Below are positions 59,269-64,000 of a stretch of 64,000 nt of DNA, piece by piece. Within the stretch, counting starts at the first letter, position 1; every line of letters starts with the position of its first letter. Made by a program: the position numbers and the translations under genes. The stretch is from Endomicrobiales bacterium (lineage in GTDB: Bacteria; Elusimicrobiota; Endomicrobiia; Endomicrobiales; JAFGIL01): positions 3,251 to 67,250 of the forward strand of contig JAFGIL010000039.1 of the NCBI GenBank assembly GCA_016929635.1, in the 5' to 3' direction. A model generated the notes under the pieces. That model was not told the origin of the DNA, did not search any database, and saw only the letters and a list, made by a program, of their open reading frames with translations.

Positions 59269-60171
59269 CTATTTTTTTCTTGTTATATAATTAAATGCCG
59301 ACAACGTTGCTTTTGTTCCTTCCCCGCACGCAGTTACTATTTGTTTAGCCGGTACGTTCGTTACGTCGCCGCATGCAAATATTCCTTCAATATTGGTCCT
59401 GCATCCGCAATCAACGAATATTTCGCCCGCTTCATTCTTTAACACGCCTTTTGTAAAATTCGATGATGCGACGGAACCTGCCTCAATAAAAACACCCTGC
59501 ACCTTCAGATCGCTGGTTTTACCCTTTATATCGAGCTTTACGCCGCTTACAAGTTTTTCTCCGTATATCTCTTTAAGCGAACTATTGTTGTAAATCCTTA
59601 CTTTTTCGTTATTCTTTATCTTTTCAACCATTATAGGATCAGCTTTAAGCTGTGAATCAATGTCTGCTATATACACCTTATTTGCTATTTTCATTAACTG
59701 AATAGCAGCGTCAATCGCTGCATTACCGCCGCCAACCACTAAAACATCCTTACCTGCAAACATCGGGGCATCGCAGGTTGCGCAGTATGCAACTCCTTTA
59801 TTCCTGAACTCCTCTTCCCCTTTGACACCCAGTTTTCTCGGGGTTCTCCCCGATGCTATAATAACTGCTTTGGTTTTATATTCATTTTTTTCAGTAATTA
59901 CTTTTATAAAATCTTCTTCTTTTTCAACAGCCGTAACGCTTTCAAATTCCTTTATCTGAATATTAAACCTCTTAAGGTGTTCGCTGAATTTCTTGACTAA
60001 ATCGTCCCCGGTAATAAACAAGTATCCCGTATAGTTTTCGATGTTCTTGGTCCAGTTGGTCTGGCCGCCAATGTCTTTTGAAATAACCAAGAAATTCATT
60101 TTCTTCCTTGCAGCATATATGCTTGCAGTAATACCCGCAGGCCCGGCACCTATTATTATTAAATCATACAT
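59269..60171 (-). CDS. Thioredoxin-reductase-family FAD/NAD(P)H disulfide oxidoreductase
   Basis: MYDLIIIGAGPAG FAD motif, redox-active CATCD and VVGGGNAAIDAA NAD(P)H motif. The start is set at the internal Met (60171); the ORF extends to 60210. Confidence 0.75.
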   Translation of the reverse strand: MYDLIIIGAGPAGITASIYAARKKMNFLVISKDIGGQTNWTKNIENYTGYLFITGDDLVKKFSEHLKRFNIQIKEFESVTAVEKEEDFIKVITEKNEYKTKAVIIASGRTPRKLGVKGEEEFRNKGVAYCATCDAPMFAGKDVLVVGGGNAAIDAAIQLMKIANKVYIADIDSQLKADPIMVEKIKNNEKVRIYNNSSLKEIYGEKLVSGVKLDIKGKTSDLKVQGVFIEAGSVASSNFTKGVLKNEAGEIFVDCGCRTNIEGIFACGDVTNVPAKQIVTACGEGTKATLSAFNYITRKK

Positions 60172-60181
60172 ACGTTTTTCT

Positions 60182-60424
60182 CTATTGTTGTATTCCCAGC
60201 TCTTTTGCAATCTTTTCCTTGTTGAAACCGATAATTATTTTCCCTTCGATATCCAGGACGGGAACGCCCATCTGCCCTGACTTGGTTATCATTTCCTGCG
60301 CCTTTTGCTGGTCTTTGCCTACATCCAGGTTTTCAAATACGATGTTGTTTTCATTTAAGTATTCCTTTGCCCTTCTGCAATAAGGGCAAGTCTCAGTCGA
60401 ATATACTTTTACGTTTTTAGTCAT
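60182..60424 (-). CDS. Glutaredoxin-like (NrdH/YruB-type) small redox protein
   Basis: VKVYSTETCPYCRRAKEYL CPYC active site and a GVPVLDIEGKIIIGF motif. GGAGG lies 6 nt upstream of the ATG at 60424. Confidence 0.7.
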   Translation of the reverse strand: MTKNVKVYSTETCPYCRRAKEYLNENNIVFENLDVGKDQQKAQEMITKSGQMGVPVLDIEGKIIIGFNKEKIAKELGIQQ

Positions 60425-60445
60425 TCTGCACCTCCATACCACTTT

Positions 60446-60946
60446 TTAGTTGGTTCTTCCCGAACTTTTCAATAACTCAAGTTTTAAATTTGTTAGCTTC
60501 GCAAAATGCTCCTGTTCCTGTTTAATAACCTCATCCAAGGCAGGAATCTTTCTTCCCAATATGAGCCCTTTCATTTCATAATAGAATATTATGGAGTCCT
60601 TCTCTATCCCTATAGCAAAATCAATTATATCTATATCGTTCTTTAATGATTTAACTATTGCTTCCGCATTTTTGCTTTTTGTAAAAACATGTTCTCCTGC
60701 CAGAATTTTAAGGTATGAAAAATACTCAGGCGTATATGATTCGGAAGGCTCATAATTCTCAATCTGTGAAAGGACTTTTTGAAAAGCATCGATATGCTTT
60801 TTTTCCTCTTCAGCCAGGTATTTAAATGTTTCCCTGTTCGTCTCATTTTGCGTGTTCTTTGCAGCTGAACTATAAAAATCCCTGCCGTTTTTTTCTATCT
60901 GCACAGCCATCTCAACTACTTCGTTTACTGAAAATTCTTCTGCCAT
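60446..60946 (-). CDS. Ferritin-like / rubrerythrin-family diiron four-helix-bundle protein (no rubredoxin domain)
   Basis: AVQIEKNGRDFY and LAEEEKKHIDAF (ExxH) in the first half, and GIEKDSIIFY...EQEH in the second. An AAGGAGAAG SD precedes the ATG at 60946. Confidence 0.65.
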   Translation of the reverse strand: MAEEFSVNEVVEMAVQIEKNGRDFYSSAAKNTQNETNRETFKYLAEEEKKHIDAFQKVLSQIENYEPSESYTPEYFSYLKILAGEHVFTKSKNAEAIVKSLKNDIDIIDFAIGIEKDSIIFYYEMKGLILGRKIPALDEVIKQEQEHFAKLTNLKLELLKSSGRTN

Positions 60947-60956
60947 TTTCTTCTCC

Positions 60957-62678
60957 TTATACAAATTTTGCAAAATACTTCTCGGCTTCTTCCTTGGATT
61001 TTATTTTATAAAAACTATCCAACATCTCTCTATCCTTTAATTCCTTTACATGCAATAATTCACACTTAATATCAGAAAACTTGGAGACAGAAACACTGAA
61101 ACTTTTCAGGCCTATCTTTAAGAAAAGCGGATAGAACTCCTCAAACGAAGCCGCCTCGCCGCAAAGACATATTTCTTTTTTTGCTTTTTTTCCTTCCTTT
61201 ACAACCAGCTCCAGCAATCTGACAAGCGCGGGATGAAGGATATGATACCTCTTTTCCGCCAAAGCATTCCCGCGCGATGCTGCCAAAGTATACTGAAGCA
61301 AATCATTTGAGCCGACATTAATGAAATCCGCGTTTTTTAAAAGCTCATCAGCCATTATGACTGCCGCAGGGGTTTCAACCATAACCCCTTCCTGAATATC
61401 TTTATTGTAAAATTTCACATTTTCTTTCTTAAGTATTTTTTTCGCTTCATTAAGGGCACTTCTGTATGTATTTATATCATTAACATCCGCAACCATTGGA
61501 TACAATAATCTTAAGTTTCCATTTTCGTTTGCCCTTAATAATGCTTTAAACTGGGCAACATAAATATCCCTGAACATATCTACCGCCATCGCTCCCCGAA
61601 AACCCAGATCATTTCTCGAGTCAACAGACGATTCCAGGTATGAAGGAAGTTTGTCGTTGCTTAAATCCAGTATCCGGGCCGTAACGGGGCCTTTAACCTC
61701 ATCCAATATTTTCCTGTAAACCTGGTATTGTTCTTCTTCAGACGGCGCTTCATCCTTCTTTATAAACAGAAATTCCGTTCTTAAAAGGCCGATGCCGTCA
61801 TGAGGCAACCCTGCAATCAGGTTTAATTCATCGGGTATGCTTACATTCAGTTTTAGCGTAATGTTTTTTCCTTCTTTTGTACGTGCATGAACTTTTTTAT
61901 CCACTGTATCGCATACAAATTTCTTTTTTTTAATATTTTCTATTTTTTTGTCATAATAACTTTCTGTTTTTTCATCCGGAGAAATAATGACCTTGCCGAT
62001 TGAACCGTCAACAATAGCATTTGTGCCGCAGTCGAGCTCTTTCTCGACATCTATGCCAAAAACAATCGGGACCCCGTATGAGCGGGCAAGAATAGTTGCA
62101 TGGCTTGTAATCCCTCCTTCTCTGGATACAAAAGCCAGGACATGCTCCCTTGGTATGTTTAAAACCATCGAAGGGGTCAGCAGATTTGCAGCAACTATAA
62201 CCGGTTTCTGTTCGCCAACAGAACACCTGAAATGCCCGGTTTCCATATTAAACGACATTAAAACCCTTTCTCTTGTATCAACAAGGTCATGGACCAGCTC
62301 CTTAAAATGCCCTTCAGCTTTACTGTATTTATCTATGTAAATCTCAAACACATCGCTTACTGCATGCTCTGCGTTTATATTTCTTGTCCTTATTAAATCC
62401 GTAATTTTGTCAAAAAGGCCTTTGTCTCCCAGCATCATTAAATGTATGCCGAATATCTCCTGGGCATTTTTGTCACTTTGAGATTTGGCCTTTTCAATCA
62501 TATCCCGCATTTCGGTTTTTGCGTGCTCAAAAACTTCTTTTAACCGTTCAATTTCACGCTCTACCTGATTCGGTTCGATATTATAGTGCGGAACCGTATC
62601 TTTCACTTTATTATCGTAAATACAAACTACCCCTCTTACAATTCCGCTTGCTGCTGTCGTTCCTTTCAACGTTTTCAT
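60957..62678 (-). CDS. ptsI: Phosphoenolpyruvate-protein phosphotransferase (PTS Enzyme I family)
   Basis: GGITSHATILARSYGVPIV phospho-His loop, plus LLRTEFLF, FINVGSNDLLQYTLA and CGEAAS motifs. Confidence 0.85.
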   Translation of the reverse strand: MKTLKGTTAASGIVRGVVCIYDNKVKDTVPHYNIEPNQVEREIERLKEVFEHAKTEMRDMIEKAKSQSDKNAQEIFGIHLMMLGDKGLFDKITDLIRTRNINAEHAVSDVFEIYIDKYSKAEGHFKELVHDLVDTRERVLMSFNMETGHFRCSVGEQKPVIVAANLLTPSMVLNIPREHVLAFVSREGGITSHATILARSYGVPIVFGIDVEKELDCGTNAIVDGSIGKVIISPDEKTESYYDKKIENIKKKKFVCDTVDKKVHARTKEGKNITLKLNVSIPDELNLIAGLPHDGIGLLRTEFLFIKKDEAPSEEEQYQVYRKILDEVKGPVTARILDLSNDKLPSYLESSVDSRNDLGFRGAMAVDMFRDIYVAQFKALLRANENGNLRLLYPMVADVNDINTYRSALNEAKKILKKENVKFYNKDIQEGVMVETPAAVIMADELLKNADFINVGSNDLLQYTLAASRGNALAEKRYHILHPALVRLLELVVKEGKKAKKEICLCGEAASFEEFYPLFLKIGLKSFSVSVSKFSDIKCELLHVKELKDREMLDSFYKIKSKEEAEKYFAKFV

Positions 62679-62705
62679 TTATGATTCATCCTTAATGAAA
62701 TTAGT

Positions 62706-63149
62706 TTACAAATCCACTTCGCTTATCCAGGCACCGTGGATGTTGCATTTCTCTATTGCAGTAAATTTTCCATTTTTAACCTTCAAGTGCAAGCCCGCTG
62801 CCGGGTATAACCTTCCCGCGGTGAGATGTGTTCTGGATAAGAACTTTTTATCAACATAACAGTCAATATACATAATATGATGCTCAGGAAGTATGGGGTG
62901 TGTTATTTCTCCGATTTTAACATTAACATCCACACATCCTTCGGGAATCAATTCACACTTTTTATTTACTGTAATCTTTGGTATATGCTTTTTATTTGCT
63001 TCAACCTTATCCGTAGCATCGCTCGGAGTTACTATGGCATCCTCTTTTTCCTTAAACGCCTTTTTTGGAGCTCCGCAAACCGGGCATGCCTCCGGCGTGC
63101 TCCCGTCTATTGAAATAAACCCGCAAACCGAACAAACTATTCCTTTCAT
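62706..63149 (-). CDS. Superoxide reductase (neelaredoxin-type centre II) with an N-terminal rubredoxin-like CxxC...CxxC domain
   Basis: The N-terminus is CSVCGF...CPVCGAP. The SOR ligand motifs KKHIPKI, THPILPEHHIMYID and CNIHGAW are present. Confidence 0.75.
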   Translation of the reverse strand: MKGIVCSVCGFISIDGSTPEACPVCGAPKKAFKEKEDAIVTPSDATDKVEANKKHIPKITVNKKCELIPEGCVDVNVKIGEITHPILPEHHIMYIDCYVDKKFLSRTHLTAGRLYPAAGLHLKVKNGKFTAIEKCNIHGAWISEVDL

Positions 63150-63170
63150 CTTATTCCTCCTTTTTCAAAT

Positions 63171-63398
63171 TTATTTTTTCTTTACATATCCTTTTAAAAC
63201 AGCGCCTTCCTTCTTGATTTCAAGAAACTGGTGTCCTGTAACCTTGCACCACGCAGGTAAATCTTTTTCAAAACCGGGGTCATCGGCAATTATTTCGATT
63301 ATATCACCGGAGTTTATTTTTTCAATCTCCGTCTTCGCATTAATTATGGGCATAGGGCAGAAAAGCCCCGTACAATCTAATGTTTTATTTGGTTTCAT
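63171..63398 (-). CDS. tusA: TusA-like sulfurtransferase
   Basis: LDCTGLFCPMPI active-site motif in a 75-aa protein. Confidence 0.75.
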   Translation of the reverse strand: MKPNKTLDCTGLFCPMPIINAKTEIEKINSGDIIEIIADDPGFEKDLPAWCKVTGHQFLEIKKEGAVLKGYVKKK

Positions 63399-63411
63399 AT
63401 ACCACCTGTTG

Positions 63412-63888
63412 TCATATAAATAAATTTACTTTTGATTTTCTGGCTTCTTCTATATAAGTCATTGCGCCGGCAAATTCATCGACATCTTCAATCAAATTTT
63501 CCTTGTTTAATCCCATAACCCCACAGCTCGTTGTACACGCTATATACTTCACATTGAGCTGTTTGGCTATCTTCATCAAATCTTCCAAGGATGCCATTTT
63601 GGATTTTTTCATTAATCTCTTCATCATCCATGGCCCCAACCCGAACATATTCAGCTTTGAGATCGGAAGCTTTGAAGTACTAAAAACGTTAAACATTTTT
63701 TGCAGGATATTCTGGGCTCTTGTTATAGAAAGTTTTGTTTTCTTTAAAACATTTAATCCCCAAAAAGTAAAATATATGGTTACATCCATGTTGCTGGAAG
63801 CAGCGGTAGTTGCAAGTATAAACGCAGCTATTGCTTTATCGAGTTCACCTGAAAAAAGAATAATGGACATTTTCTCTTTTTGATCCAT
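63412..63888 (-). CDS. DsrE/DsrF-like family protein
   Basis: KMSIILFSGELDKAIAAFILATTAASSNMDVTIYFTFWGL and YIACTTSCGVMG. The start is set at MDQKEK (63888); the open frame continues to 63984 near the window edge. Confidence 0.6.
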   Translation of the reverse strand: MDQKEKMSIILFSGELDKAIAAFILATTAASSNMDVTIYFTFWGLNVLKKTKLSITRAQNILQKMFNVFSTSKLPISKLNMFGLGPWMMKRLMKKSKMASLEDLMKIAKQLNVKYIACTTSCGVMGLNKENLIEDVDEFAGAMTYIEEARKSKVNLFI

Positions 63889-64000
63889 CTTTATTTCCCG
63901 CAACCCGGACAGACGCCGGTCCTGCTGCTGTGCAGCTTCCCGCATTTTGCGCACCTTATCAACTCCGCATGGCACGGCTCGCAAAACATAGGTTGAAAAC

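Overview
This 64-kb window comes from an AT-rich bacterial chromosome and is almost fully coding, mostly on the minus strand. The gene content suggests an anaerobe: rubrerythrin, superoxide reductase, MetF/MetV and a Chlamydia/spirochaete-style V-type ATPase operon. A PVC/Omnitrophota-like origin is plausible but cannot be verified here.

Most genes are housekeeping:
- two tandem carB paralogs and pyrG
- a V-type ATPase operon with a CheY-like receiver gene embedded in it
- metF/metV, pth, L25, prs, glmU, tRNA-Gln, spoVG, ispE, rimI, pdxA and two parvulin chaperones
- an AmmeMemoRadiSam module
- a long redox-stress operon

The main feature is one uninterrupted 22,137-nt ORF (27035..49171, minus strand; 7,378 aa).
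- It encodes a signal-anchored, polytopic mosaic protein. Recognisable modules are a ChaN/Tiki-like domain, two CPBP-like domains, a YraN-like nuclease fold, a HAD-like domain, a GT35 alpha-glucan phosphorylase domain that lacks the PLP lysine, a long HEAT array, tandem RpiB-like domains and a SelO/kinase-like region.
- An overlapping 179-aa membrane-protein ORF precedes it, and a terminator-like hairpin sits just upstream of its start codon.

Two families of small structured repeats are scattered through the window.
- GC-rich nested palindromes, including 42- and 44-bp perfect palindromes.
- Modules of about 70 nt, built from four heptamer words, a spacer and four complementary heptamers. Two of these lie in frame inside the giant ORF.

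All domain calls rest on motif recognition by eye. No database search or computation was possible.
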